Below the pieces are notes generated by a model that saw only the letters and a program-made list of their open reading frames with translations, made no database searches and was not told where the DNA came from. From Trichoplax adhaerens (Eukaryota; Animalia; Placozoa): DNA of 64,000 nt. A program made the position numbers and the translations under genes. The DNA is taken from positions 1,566,732 through 1,630,731 of the forward strand of contig NW_002060955.1 in the NCBI RefSeq assembly GCF_000150275.1. The letters run 5' to 3'. Positions 1 to 13,500 of this stretch are shown here, piece by piece; the first letter of the stretch is position 1; each line of letters opens with the position of its first letter.

Positions 1-417
1 AGTAATGCTGAGTTAACAGCTGTATGGATATCAGCTCATACCGTTAATATATACAGTAGGTATAAAAATCTAAAGCATTGAAAATACACTATTGCCCAAT
101 TCAGTTAATGCCAATAAATGAAATAATAATGATCAAATTCAGCAAAGAAAATATTCTACAATTTTGGATTTATCTAATATATTTGCGGATGCTTACTCTC
201 ATATCGGCAAAGTCTGATCAGCGATAACAGTCTGATCAGATATCACGACATCGCCGTTGAATATGTCAGGAGAAAATCAACCGGTACTTGATTTTCTACT
301 TTAAATTCGAACCGTATATGCGATATTTCATATTAAATTGGACGTTATATCGGTCGAAGCAATATACATATTTACTTATTTACAAATATTTTGCAATCAT
401 GTTAATTTATTACCGCG

Positions 418-1300
418 CTATGGTATCTCTGTAACTTCATTTACTTTGCGAAAATCTACGCACGGACGAAATCCGTGATCCCACTTTTTTACTAATAATA
501 GAGGTGATGCCCAAGGGCTTTTAGACGGGACAATCACACCAAGTCTTAACATTTCATCGATCTCTTTATTTACTAGTCTCCATTTAGCATAAGAAATTGC
601 ATAGGGCTTCGGCCTAATTAATGTTTGTTTATTCAACCGAATCTTGTACAAAACCGCATTTGTTCGTCCTAATTCAGTACTAAATAATTCCAGGGATCTA
701 CGAATTTATGTTTTGAATGGTTACTATTGCTTCTTATTCAACTTGCTACCAGTTGAGCATAATTTATAGATTGTTTCTAAATCTTGTTTCGCTTCCGTAA
801 CCTGTACTTGATTGATTTCCTCTTCTTCATCTAACCCCCATTTATATTTTTTGAATAAATTAATATGCTCTATATGAGTCGGTTTCACTCGATCATCGGT
901 TTGTATTTTATACGGTACACGCAATAGTTTATTTAGTATGGGCCATCATATTTGAGATCAAGCTTTTTACGGGGTATTGATGAAAAGAACAAAACTCCAT
1001 CTTCGATCTCTAAACTTCGACTCTTAGCCTTACTATCATAATATTGTTTTCGGTTCTTCGCCGCCTCCTCTGCTGATGCTTTTGCTTGTTCGAGTAGACT
1101 AGCGTAGAGATCTTGAATCTTCATTAACTCGTTGCCCTTCATCTGTTCGATTTCACCTTCCTCAGAATTCGTAGTCCATTGTTCTTCATTCTATCTAATG
1201 GTCCTCTGACTTTCCAACCATATAATAAATCAAATGGTGCTAACCCAGTAGTTTCATGAGCGATGTCTTTGCACACAAATAGTAAGTATGGAAGACAATG
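418..1300 (-). mobile_element. Degraded Ty3/gypsy pol fragment, integrase C-terminus followed by RT N-terminus (Gmr1-like order)
   Basis: The minus strand from 1300 reads HCLPYLLFVCKDIAHETTGLAPFDLLYGWKVRGPLD (end of integrase core). It continues KQYYDSKAK..KYDGPY and YKIQ..HINLFKKY (GPY/F module), then FSTELGRT..PKPYAI..EIDEMLRLGVIVPSKSPWASPLLLVKK..FRPCVDFRKVNEVT (RT start). Stops and frameshifts lie between the blocks. Confidence 0.9.
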
Positions 1301-2568
1301 TGACGAAGCTCCCTCCGAAATGAATAATATTTTGATCTAATATGTGTAATAATGTTATTATGAAGGTTGCTGATCTCAACAATAACCTAGTTGTTAATTG
1401 AGTTTTATTATTAATTATCGTAGTAATATACAGAGTGGATATTGTGTTAGCAATTAAATGTCAAGCTGTGAAGATTATTATGTTGGTTAATAAGGTGTTA
1501 ATTAATAATATTAATTAGTGGCAAGTATTAAGTAACACTTGATCTATTCGGATCTATAGTAAGCCTGTATTGCACATTATATAATTTAATGTTAAAAATT
1601 AACACCGGGGTTATTTGTGTGACGCATGAAACTGTATATAAGCTTGATTATTATTTTTTAATCTCAGTTCCACTGAGGCTAACGTAGAGTACACTGATAC
1701 AAACGTAAAAGGGCTAGTAATAAATATACTTATTATCCTAAACCTGTCGTTCGACTCAATTACTATAGTATAGGAATAACTTAGTTTTCCGTTACTGAGG
1801 ATCTCCGGAGTTAATCGGAGAACCAGAAGAGTAGATAGACCAGTTTAGGTACGATCACAAAAGCTATTTTGTGACAGGGTTATTAGCTCTAGGTTCGTAA
1901 TCCGTCAACTCAAAATTCTGAGTTATTAAAATCGAGCAAATCCCTGATGTGACACTGCTACAGTGTTATACAATGTAATATCGAGATTATAGTAAAAACT
2001 TCTATGTTAGGATGGCTTTGTTGATTTACCCTTATATGAAGAGTTTCTAATTTAGATATGTGATATTTAAATATAGCACTAGCTTTTATGGTGATATGTA
2101 CAGCCTACTGAGATCAGTAGTTTAATTTGGGAATCGGGAATAATCTGCTTACAATTCAAATCGCTATGATTGTAGTTTACTGATGGTAGATTGTAGATTA
2201 TCGTAGAAATGTTCCGTGATAGGACGTATTGTAATCTAACAATTTTATATTAGTCATTTGTCGTCTGTGTTCGTAAATACTGTTATCTTCATTACGTAGC
2301 AATAGATAAAATTAGCTTTTGATTCATTTTCAGGTTTCAACGTTCAAATTACTAACTAGGATATCTTTGCTATTGTAAAAGAGTATATAAATACGATAAA
2401 TCGTATAATAAACTTAGTTTTTATAATTAGTGTTTAACGTAAGATACGATGCGTCTAAGCCTTTTTTTAGTCTACTAGCATGGGAAAAGTGTCCCTGATT
2501 CGTGGTTCAGGGAATCGACTGTTTGATCGTGCATTACGTTATCTTGTTACAAAGCTGTTTGTGAAACA
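1299..2568 (+). mobile_element. Two adjacent LTR-like units truncating the pol relic (approx. 1299-1876/1954 and approx. 1974-2568)
   Basis: Starts TGTGACG at 1299. TATA-like then AATAAA at ~1635/1719 and again at ~2384/2407. The 3' end ACGTTATCTTGTTACAAAGCTGTTTGTGAAACA resembles the end of the 19486 LTR family. Flanks GACAA/GACAC match only 4/5, and internal boundaries are uncertain. Confidence 0.45.
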
Positions 2569-4306
2569 GACACAAAATAGTCAACACCGTATAATTGACT
2601 TATAACGGTCAAGTTCATTATCGTCCATGTATCCTCCGTCAGAGAAGAATTACAACTTCTTCTCTTCATAATAACAGTCGAAAATGGCTAAGACAAACCG
2701 GATAATCGACTAAGCCTCCAGAATAACAATTTTATACAACTGAAACAAATTATTATCAATTGGTTCTCTACATAGGAGTCATCAATAACGTTAGTACATT
2801 GCTCATTACATTACTTAATAAGGCTATCAGCCACGGCCTTATACAGCACATACTAAATGTTCGCCGTTTCATCATACTAGCCTTACCAACACTTACTTTA
2901 TTAAGACATACACTGTATTGCATACACAAAACTGTTGTAATTAACTGAAATCACTACAGGTAACCATATTTACGAACTGTTAAAAGTATCGGTATACTGT
3001 ATGTGTTTTCTGTGATTTTTCAAGAATTACCGTATCTTTCATTATCGATACCTCATATAAGTCAATTTCGCACTTCAAGACTTAAATCATATATTCTAAA
3101 AGCAGTATAGTGTTCAATTGTTTAAATGCAACCTTAATTTATGTATAATACGTCAAAATTATTTTTGTTTGTGCTATTGTTTATCATTATAAATATTTTC
3201 AACAGTAAACAAGTATATCAGGTCCCTTCTGAAACTAATATATTTAATCTATAAGTAGTTACTAATGAAATTAATTCTAATTCTTCAAAATTTTCAAGTA
3301 AAATATTTAATCATAGATTTAATTGTGTACAATACTTTGATTAGGAAATTATTGTATACGTTTCCAGGGTGACTAATTTCAATGTTAAACATATGTATCA
3401 TAGTCTTTCAGTAGGGTACCTTCAATCTTGTTAAAAGCTTAGTATGCGGTTGAAATATCCACCAGAAAGTACTCAAAGTTTACACCTAGATAATAATCTG
3501 AATTGATGTCGCCAAATTTATTTTTATTTGCAACATAACTAAAGTACAATAACAGTTCTATATAACTATACCTACGAAAGATGCTCATGTATTTTACTTT
3601 AAATCTTTCTAGATAATATTCTAAGTTATCTGCTGATGAAATCATAATGCAACTTGCTAACAATTAGCACATTGTCAAAAAGCAACCGCCCTATAATAAT
3701 AGTAAAGGCATTATTGAAGCCCCAGCACGGTCTTTTGATCAAGTTAAGAAAAAAAGTTAGGAATTGCCTATAAATTAAATATGAGCCACTGACGTCATGG
3801 ATTTATAGAAACAATGCCATACGGGGAAAGCTTTATAATTTGGAAATATTAATTTAATAGACTCTTATACCCTTAATAAGTATTAGGTAACAATGTTACC
3901 GCAATATTTTTCATCCGTGAATACCATGTTCTACTTTAAAGTAGAAAATGGAAGCTGCATTCTTTCTAATGACCGCTTTTTTTTTTTGTATCTATTAGCC
4001 AACAATACTCTAGATAAAACGTATTATTTCTAAAACTAATACGTAGCTCTAAAAATTATCATGAACAATATCTACCTATTGAAGGCATAAAGAATAGTTC
4101 ATTGCTGTTCGACATGCTCTTACTGTACAGTATCAGACAAGATTTAATTCTAATTCAGTTTGCGATTTAATAATTTATTTACAATACGATAGAAAGATAC
4201 TTTGTAATAATGTTATCGATGACCTCCATAGAAGACGGAGACACATTCAGTTAAAGGAAAATCTTCTGGAGTCTAGTTTCATTTCAATTAATAGTCTAAG
4301 GATATC

Positions 4307-5335
4307 ATGAATATTTCCCAATACCAACATAATTATACTTCAAGTATATATGCCACCATTTATTCTTCAGCTTCCATCGCAGCTTTAATCTTATCGACAG
4401 CGGGATTATCAGTCAACATATTTTTACTTTATATTCTTGTAAACGATAGAAACTTTCGTAAAACAACTTATTACTTATTTTTAGTCTCTATCGTATCTGA
4501 CACTATTTCTACTATCGCTACGATAGGAGGATATATACAAATTGTTCGGTATGAGTTAGCCTATGAAGGTGGAACATTAATGTGTCGAGCAGTCATGTTC
4601 ACTATGTTTTCATCTTATAGTATTTCAATCATGACTTTTTGCTTAATCGGTATAGATCGGTATTTTATCATCGTCAGACCACTCACTACAACTTATCGCA
4701 TCTATAAGAATCATATCCTAATAACTAGTGAAATTGCGATTTGGATTTGTTCCTTATCTGTTTCTGCTCCACTACTCAAATTTATGGGAGTTCATCGTGT
4801 AGACCCATTACTATGTGAATTCACTAAAATAACAACGCCAGTTTCAATCTATATCATAACGTTTGTTACCATCCAATTTATTATTCCGGCGGTGACTATT
4901 GGATTATTCTACTGGAGAATCATTATTCATCAGAAAAATTATATTAAGCCAGGAGAATTAACGCAACAGTCCATTATTGAACAGCAGCTTCGAAAGCGAA
5001 AATTTATTAAAATGTTAATAAGTATATCTCTATCGTATATCTTTGCAACCTGGCCTTTTTTTGCTACAATACTTGGCTTTGCAATCACGCAAAAATCAGT
5101 ATTGCAAATTCGGAGTGAAAATATTGTCATATTCTTATTCATATTTTTTTCAATATCAGCAACGACTAGTATTACTATTTTGAATCCATTTCTGTATCTA
5201 AAATTTGATTCCAAGATTCGAAATCAATCAATTCTAGTATTTAAGCGTTTAGGTAGGAAACGCTATCTGCAATCAACATCCACGTCATTAGTTGTCCTAA
5301 ATCACGAGGCTCTTACTAGATCGCAGGGTATATAA
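4307..5335 (+). CDS. Intronless class A (rhodopsin-like) orphan GPCR, copy 1, 342 aa
   Basis: Seven hydrophobic segments; TM1 N, TM2 SD, TM3 Cys and IDRY, TM4 W, ECL2 Cys, TM5 P, TM6 WP, TM7 NPFLY; N-terminal NxS/T sequons. Confidence 0.95.
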   Translation: MNISQYQHNYTSSIYATIYSSASIAALILSTAGLSVNIFLLYILVNDRNFRKTTYYLFLVSIVSDTISTIATIGGYIQIVRYELAYEGGTLMCRAVMFTMFSSYSISIMTFCLIGIDRYFIIVRPLTTTYRIYKNHILITSEIAIWICSLSVSAPLLKFMGVHRVDPLLCEFTKITTPVSIYIITFVTIQFIIPAVTIGLFYWRIIIHQKNYIKPGELTQQSIIEQQLRKRKFIKMLISISLSYIFATWPFFATILGFAITQKSVLQIRSENIVIFLFIFFSISATTSITILNPFLYLKFDSKIRNQSILVFKRLGRKRYLQSTSTSLVVLNHEALTRSQGI

Positions 5336-7098
5336 GGATTTATTGAAAATTTCTAGCTTGTGACTACGTTTTACGAAATACGGACTCAAGAAATAAATAC
5401 TTGATTATTGATTACTTTTGTTCTTACAACTACAGGCAGACAGACTCAAAAGAAATAATTTTATTACTTTCTAATAGCCATAATTAAATTGATATACAGT
5501 ATGTGAAAGTAATAAAATTATTGATATTAAAGGCAAGCAACTCCAAGGAACACAAAGGCCACAATCTTATTGATGGAAGGAATCAGTAAATCATAAGCTG
5601 GAGAAGCTAATAATTCATTCAAAAATAGAATATTTTTCACTCACTTTACTATTATTTGTAAAAATATTAATAATCTAGTACCAACATAAAGGATGTTGCT
5701 ATCATTTTACTTAATAAGCCAAACATTTTTCACACGCTTACTGAATTGATTAACTTAAAGAAGAGAAAAATGTATCATATCTTGCCGGTGATAATTTATA
5801 ACTCAATTTGATTATAAATAATGATGCTAATGCTCCCTTCTTTTGCTAGCAAGTTCATCTGGCTAAAAAGATAGAAACTGCCAAATAATTACGATTATAG
5901 CTATATTATTTAAGCACGCCCATTTCAAAGTAATGGCAAGGAGTAGCAGTATATGCGTTTGTAAATGATAGATTCCAATTTTAAATCGCCATTGATTTTA
6001 TAACCTTTATGAGGGTAACAGCTGCCATGGCTTCTAAAGGCTCCAAGGATATTCGATATTCCGATCACCAATGTAGGGAATACTGCGAAGTAAAAGTGTG
6101 TTTTACTAGTGTTAATATCATTGGCCATTATATATTCGGCAGAGAAGCAAATATTGAAATGGTCTCACATGGTCTATGCGAAGGCAAATCAAATAATTAT
6201 GTCATCGATACGGAGTAACTTTTGCATAGCTGTCGTAACATACTATAGTTTCCATAAGATAACTTACCCAGGAATGTCTTATATTAATTTATATATGACA
6301 CTTTATATATTTCAATAGACAACTACATACTTGTAAAATATTATCAATGTGCTGATAATTAATATTTATAAAAATTTACTATAAATTGATTGATATTTTA
6401 ATAAAGTTTGGATTCAGTTTTATCTAAGAGAGGCTGGTAGTGTTACTGTTCCTTTTGACGATAGCAGATCATCAGAATCTGGGGTGATAATGTAGCAACA
6501 TAGATGTAGGTGAAGGAAAACCTTATAGAGGACTTGTAGTTCTAGTTTTTTGTAGAGCTTTATTTATTCCGTCATCATATGTTTCGATTTGGCACACTTA
6601 CTTATTTGCTTCGGAAATACTATGGAAATTGTAATTCTAAGCATTCATCTTTCTTATAATACAGACTATTTAAAAACTATTGTACCATAGAATAGCTGCT
6701 CTAAGTTATTTTGTAAACTGTAAATGAGTTAGATTTATAGCCATTCTCAAAATATATTAGTCAACTAATTTCATTGATTTTGAGAAAGTCAATTCACTTA
6801 TAGATTATAACTTAAATGATTAGTTGGTCGAAGCTAATTTTAACCTGTCATTTGAACTACTGTATGGAGTAAGTCCAGTCAAAGCCTTTATGTACCAATG
6901 CACATCGAAATCAAGATTTTTGAAGTGCTAATATACCTAAATTATTGATGAAACAATAAAAATAACAGGGCGTCGTTATAAACTAGTTTCGAAATTAGGG
7001 GTATGTAAAAACAGATCTCTAAGTTACTGAAGTATGTGCGATCCAACATTCTTGAACTATTTAGCAGGAACTTAGGTGCCTTTATTTTGATTTTATAC

Positions 7099-8009
7099 TG
7101 TGATAAGTGCTACTTTAGTATAACTGATTGCGTTCGAGGTTTTCTATCATTGGAACGATACCAAGATTAACGAGCACGTTCTTCTGTCTGTTTTTTTGTC
7201 CTATACAGATTGCTATTTTTATACGCTACGACGTATATTTTCCTATCTAATGTAACGCAATCTAATACTTAACATATTTTTATAATAATGATGTATCTTC
7301 ATAATATTTCTGATTCCTGTCAGACGCCTGATAACTAGTATATTCTGCTTAATGAAATCCTAACACACCTTACGAACGAAATATCAGTATTTATTTGTCG
7401 CTATCTGATTAGATAAGAAGATTATGTTTATTATGTTTCCATATTTCTCTATATATATGCTTTTAAGTAACCATTGTATGTAGTTGTTATCTTGAGTATG
7501 ACGTTTCTAGTATGCGATTCTCGTTTTCGGTCGTTCAATGAATTTTCCTTAATAAAGTACTAGCATTTACAAAGAACTGTTTTATAAATGTTTTCAGAGT
7601 GATTTGTATCGTATTTTATACTGTTATTTTCCTCTGAATGTTACAAATCAAGATTTGCGACAAGCATCTAAAGTCTTCACTATTTCCTACAATCAGCTGG
7701 TATAATATAGTCTATGATGGTATATGTCGTATCGAATTCTACAATGCTGTTCTCTGCATGTCTTCAGTCTCAAAGACAATAAGTACCACACTGTTAATTT
7801 TTGTTTCGGATTTGTTAGTCGCATTTGTCCCTACTGAGATCCACGTACGCTATTTCACGGCAGCTCACACACTGATCCATTAATAACTATCGCACTGCAG
7901 CCGGTTAATATCTGCAACAAAATATTCATATTTCGAATAAAACATTTCGTTTAATTCTGTAAATGGCTACTTAGTCCGCATCCGCTGGCTCTTCGTAATC
8001 CTTATCACA
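7099..8009 (-). repeat. LTR-like interspersed repeat, related to 15585-16048
   Basis: 7670-8009 aligns by eye with 15720-16048 (ATGGTATATGTYGTATC, TGTTCTCTGCATGT, CACGGCAGCT, ATCACA end). 9-bp terminal inverted repeat TGTGATAAG/CTTATCACA. No TSD found, so the left boundary is uncertain. Confidence 0.45.
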
Positions 8010-9193
8010 CACAGTTTAATTGATTGTAAAGCATGGTATTTGATTGCTTAAAGTCAAAATATTATTACTTGTATTACATCAAGAATAGGTAGTTATAAGT
8101 TTTAATGACAGAGTGATGGACAGAAGCTGTTTGTAGTTAATTAATGAAAACCAACACCAAAGCCCAGCCAATTACAATAAAATTTAGTATTACATGGATG
8201 GTACAGTAAAATTCCATAGATTGTAATAAATGTGTAGAAATATGGTTAGATAGCAAAGTTAATGGTTAATAATATTAGAACAATAATATTTTTGATAAGT
8301 CATGTCCGATTGTGAAGGCTGAATGTCAATTACAGCTTTAAAATTATACCTACTTACCTCAATAATATCGTGAGAATCTAAGTAAATTACTCTAATTTGA
8401 TAATTACAGGTAAACATCAAAATATTTTATATGAGTCAATTCCAAAAATTATTAGCCAATCAATTTTAAGCCATTCAATAGGTTTTAAATTGATATCTTT
8501 AGCCATAAATGTGATTTAAGAAAAAAGAGTCCTATTTTAAAACCATATCTCTAACATTGTATGAATGCCTTCATAACTTACAAACGAGTATTATGAGCCC
8601 CTAGCAGTTATAGATATAATTTTTCGACACTGTAGGATCGAATTTATTAAGAAATCGATCTGAATCTTATTTAATAAAGCTCGCCTTTAATTAAATGTTG
8701 ATTTATTAACAGATCCTGGACCATAGATTCTAATATTTACAGCAAATTGTATTATTCCACACTTTGTTCCACGAATTATATTTAAACAAAAAAGATCCTT
8801 AAAATCAGTATGTCACTCAACGCTAAATTTTTGGCGACAATTACACTCAATAATAGAAATTATATTTGTTTAAACGCTATTAAAGCCTTAAGACTGCTTT
8901 TTAATCAGCTGCAGCAGATGGATATTTAACACAAGCGTCCATAATTGATTCAATTATATTTCACAATTCGTATGATGTAGTTTAAGTCTCATTCTTTTTC
9001 GGTTAACTAGCTATAATGGACACAATTATTGTTTCAGTAATTACAATGGATAGCATAACTATTTTTATAACATAAAATGTTTTATTTCTCGTTTATTGCA
9101 GATTTATGTCGAAAAGTAATTAAAATTTTAGTATGTATTCTAGTCAAGTACGGTTTTAACAAGAATTATCATCAAATTTAGATGCTTAGTCCT

Positions 9194-9431
9194 TGGCTAT
9201 CCAATATGAGCTAAATTTCATGAACTGTTAAAAGTCATACATGATAGCTGCTGCCGAAGGGTATTTAAACTCGGCAGATAGTTGAATAAAAGAAGACTTC
9301 TATAGTTGTTTAGTTTAGAAGCAAAGGCATCTAAATTCTTGTGAGGTAGTTAAGGGATACTGAATCCCGGAGACTATAGTAATTTGGAGATTTGTTTAAC
9401 GTCATCTTTGTCACGAAGCTGGTTTGTAACA
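9194..9431 (+). mobile_element. Short or partial solo LTR, same family as 19486-19927 in opposite orientation
   Basis: 9240-9431 is a close reverse-complement match to 19486-19680 (shared GTGAGGTAGTTAAGGGATACTGAATCCCGGAGACTATAGTAATTT). TG...CA ends flanked by GTCCT at 9189-9193 and 9432-9436. Confidence 0.7.
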
Positions 9432-9541
9432 GTCCTAGTTGCCTTATAGCTAAAAATTTAATTTTTTGGTCAATAATATCTGTATTTAAAAGTACTTCTT
9501 ATGAAATCCGGTTGATAGACTGACTTTCTCAAGAAATAATA

Positions 9542-10570
9542 ATAAATTATACCAATCACACTAATCTTGAACGTAATCACGATCACCAAAAGGAATTTTA
9601 TGATAAAGTTTATGCTTTCACTGTGTTGTAATTTGGTATTGTTTAGAGTCTATGTTGTATACTCTTACTTATTACTGTTACTAATACGCATGGATATCAT
9701 CCTGCTGTACAACATAAGATAGACTAACTTTATTGGCACTTGTGTTAATAAGAGAGCTATATCCAGTCAGGTAATCTGACTTATCTGTAACCGACCAGAA
9801 GCCGAAAGACTACATACTTATAACTATGCACATCGTGCAATCAATAATTCAAGGGTTCTAGTGTCAAGAGATACTCTCTAAATAGCGAAGCTCTCGAGAT
9901 ATCTTTTGACGAGAACATTAGTGGTAGATAACCTCTTACATTGCTAAGAGTAGTTCTAATTCGATTTGGATAGAAGTTAATAAACGTAAGCTGTATAGTG
10001 TATAGATTACACAAGTATTACTTCATCCCTGAGTCTTTACCGGAGTACCTCGACGCCAAGTCACATTGACATATATAGACATCAATGGCGACAATTACAA
10101 CATACTGTTCTAACAGAAATTTTCTTCCTAGCACTAAGACTCATTGTTAACTATTTTTACTATTTATTTTTGCTATAAGAAATTATTTTAGAAAGGTCAC
10201 CAATTATTTAATAATGATTTCAGTAGCCTCAGATACCATTTATAATCAGCTCTCAATTACTATATTTATTCAGATGGCTGAATATCGATATGACTATAAT
10301 AGTGGAATAATTATATGTCAATTGCTTTAATTTCCATTTTAGCATCTTACTACATTTCTTGTTTGGCATTAGCAATAATTACAATAGATTTTTATTTAGT
10401 GACAGTTTGTCTTTTATCCTTACTTTATCGACTAAATAGAAAGTAGATCTTCATGCTATCCCAAACTATAGTATTTGTAGCAGCAATATCTATATCTATT
10501 CCGTTATTCTTCGAAACATCAGTCTATCATGAAGATGCTTACGTATGCAATATACGAATAATTCTTTAAA
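9542..10570 (+). pseudogene. GPCR pseudogene, copy 2 (N-terminus to ECL2), interrupted by a solo LTR
   Basis: Manual translation: NYTNHT..QKEFYDKVYAFT [LTR] VLTEIFFLALRLIVN / FLLFIFAIRNYFRKVTNYLIMISVASDTI..YDYNSGIIICQLL* / SILASYYISCLALAIITIDFY..YRLNRK*IF..SIPLFFETSVYHEDAYVC. This is collinear with the intact paralogues. ATA at the expected start, two frameshifts, stops, 3' half missing. Confidence 0.88.
9624..10102 (+). mobile_element. Solo LTR, 479 bp, inserted in GPCR pseudogene
   Basis: Terminal inverted repeat TGTTGTAAT/ATTACAACA, flanks CACTG/TACTG (4/5), AATAAA at 9979. Removing it plus one TSD restores the GPCR frame. Confidence 0.85.
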
Positions 10571-13500
10571 GAAGTAGATTTTATTGCATAGTCGGCATAT
10601 TGTAACTCATCATACCAATAGAATGAGAATCGTATTTATAGTCTGTGCGAAGGCTATTATGTCACACAGAAACTACTGAAGAAAACAATTGGTAACAATC
10701 AATGTTACGAGCTAGGAATAGCCCTAACTCGCAACAAGAATTGAGAGAGTAATTTCTATCCTATACTACTATTATTTAGAATACCAGTCAATTAGTATTC
10801 GAAGGTAGATAATCGTATTAAATTTACTGTATCAGTATTAAAATAATCACTGCTTAATAATAGTCTAACAGATACATATTAAGCTATCCTACTAAGACAT
10901 TTCCTCTAAAACTTAAGTATTGCAGTTTGAACATTAACGACCTTAGAAGTTATAGATACAGTCCAGTTTAACTGATTGCCAATTACTATTTTATTCTATC
11001 TAATCCTAAATTAAGGATATCATCTGTTAACCGCTAAAGTTACTATTAAGGAGACCGTAAATATTTCTGAGATATAAAAATATATAGAACGAAACATAGA
11101 AATAAAATATACTTAAGGAAGATTACTTTCGTGACCATGAATTATCATAATAAAAGCCCTTACCTTTGAAGAAAACCAACCATAACTATTGCTTATATAC
11201 TTTAAATGCAGTAATGTTAAAAAGGTTGCTCAAAAAATGACTGAGCACCGTATTGTTATTTGTAATTGCTAGAATGCTATAGTTTATCATAGAATAATAG
11301 AATTTTACAGTATATCTTTTGCCTTTTATATTAATTCTTGCAACAACCTTAAGCATTTAAGTGGGATATTCCTCGTTCGAGCAGTAAAATTTGTATCTGT
11401 AAGGAGCGTGTTACTACTAAATTTTATAAAAGTATAGTCATCAATAATGATAACATATTAAAGTGCAATTTTTGCTGATAAGACTGCGGGATAGTTCGTA
11501 AGTATGGGTTCCTTATGATAATTAGTTAATCAGTATTGAAGAATTTTTAAACTTTTAGATAAGATATGGTCAAAACTTTATTAGTCTGTAAAGCCAGCCT
11601 TCATTACCAGTGACCTTTTTACAGCAGATACATGTGTCTACATTAATTTACAATTAATGTAAAGCGGTTACTATTGCAAATACACTTATGTATTTATGTT
11701 TATATTAGCTCAGCTACTGTGAAATCATTTCTTGTTTTTAATAGTGTCAACAGGAAATGTATTGAAGTATTGAAAATATCACGAAGGATATTATCTTTCC
11801 GTCCTAACTTCTTAATGAGTAGATATTCTAGCATATATTAGTATTAATCAATAATGCCCTCATAAAGTAAAGGAAAGCAATAATCTAGTAGTAGTTTAAT
11901 AGTATAACCTTGTCTTAAAAATTATTCGTCTTTCTAAAGGTAGATAATGAGTTTACTTTTGTTTCCATTGCAGTAAAATTAAAATTTAAAATATAAATCT
12001 TGGGTTTCATTGTCCAATCTACATTAAGTACCATGAACATAGTCTATCATGGTTGGATATTTACTGATTTCCTTTGATGAGCATCATTATTACTAATTCA
12101 CAAGAGGGTAATTCATGTTGCTCACCTAAATATTTTTCAATAGTTAACTGCAATAGCATGTAAAACAAATATTGGCAAAGCTCGGAGGAGGGTCATGAAT
12201 GTCTCAGTCTGGTGCAGCAACCTTCTTATCCTATGTAACTTTTTCTAAATTACCATTAGCTTATGCTATAGCCAGACTATGAAATATCTAATCTGCATAA
12301 TCCTTCCCTGTATTTATTATGTTAAAGTTATTATAATTGTAATTTTGATAATATAATTAATCATCAATTCAATCGTTCCACATTTCATAATTATCTTTTC
12401 GTTCCTTATTTTACATTACCTCAAATATGAACTCTGATCGTTGTTGTTTGTGTCTTCTAGCTAGCTAGGGTAATAGTCATATACCGGTACTGAGTTGGAT
12501 AAGATTCTCATAGTTTTATAGCAATACCCTGTAAATTATGTCGGTCGTAGTATATTAGGAAGATATTGAAGTAAAATTTTGTAGCCTATGTTTAATTAAG
12601 TAAACCAGTCATACGCGAAGATTATTACCGGTACTACCTATTTCCTAAGAAAATATTTTTCGTTTTCGAGTAATGAAGCATTCATTTGAAAAAAATTGGA
12701 ACCTTAAGGAAGAAGTAAATGGATTAAGGCCCCTACAAGGGAGATTTTACGGTAAACTAAGCTGAGGAGTCCTACAATGCATAATAGTATGATAATATCT
12801 TCGTGCATGAAAATGTATAGAAATATCTTCCTAATTGATTTCAAAAGATATGTTATAGTAATCAAACAAGGTCGCAATATTTCCTCATTGATTTGAAAAG
12901 ATGTCTAATATAACATATACAAGGATTATCAAGCAATAGCACTATAATTTATCGGAACATTTTTGATAATCAGTCATGAGAATTTGTAGATCCTTTCATT
13001 CACGTCGAGTTTAACCAACATTAAGAGTTGTATTCTAATTTAAAGACTAAAATAAAAAAGCTTACTGTCTACTGTATTGCAGGTATGGAAAAATTTAAAG
13101 ATAATATAGTACGATACTATTGAGCATAGGTTGGTATGATCATGATTTGGATTTATTTGGTACTAATCTTAACTTATAACTAACGTAATAGATAATTTCT
13201 AAATCCTTAATTGGTAGATTTTAAAAATGTGTTTCTATGAATGGTACTAGCTCGTAAATCTTTCTGATGATTTAGTGTATTACATATAACTAACTTCAGA
13301 TGCCCATTTCGCTATACGGATAGTATCAAAGACTAGAGTTACTTTAACAAGCAGGTCTTAATATTGCAGTTAAAATGAGACCCATCATTAAGTTACTGTT
13401 TCATATCTGAAATTTTATATATCTTATTATTGTATTCATCTATAATTAGGATACAAAGTTAAATTAAATTTTAATACGAACGTAATTAAGCGATTTTCCA

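Noticed and set aside
4939-5214. Antisense ORFs in GPCR copies 1 and 3 (also 21703-21924)
   Set aside because: Shadow frames of the GPCR coding strand; their similarity follows from paralogy.
10660-11136. Possible further LTR (TGTCAC...GTGACCA); similar LTR-like starts at 14585 and 59469
   Set aside because: No matching TSD or second copy in the window.
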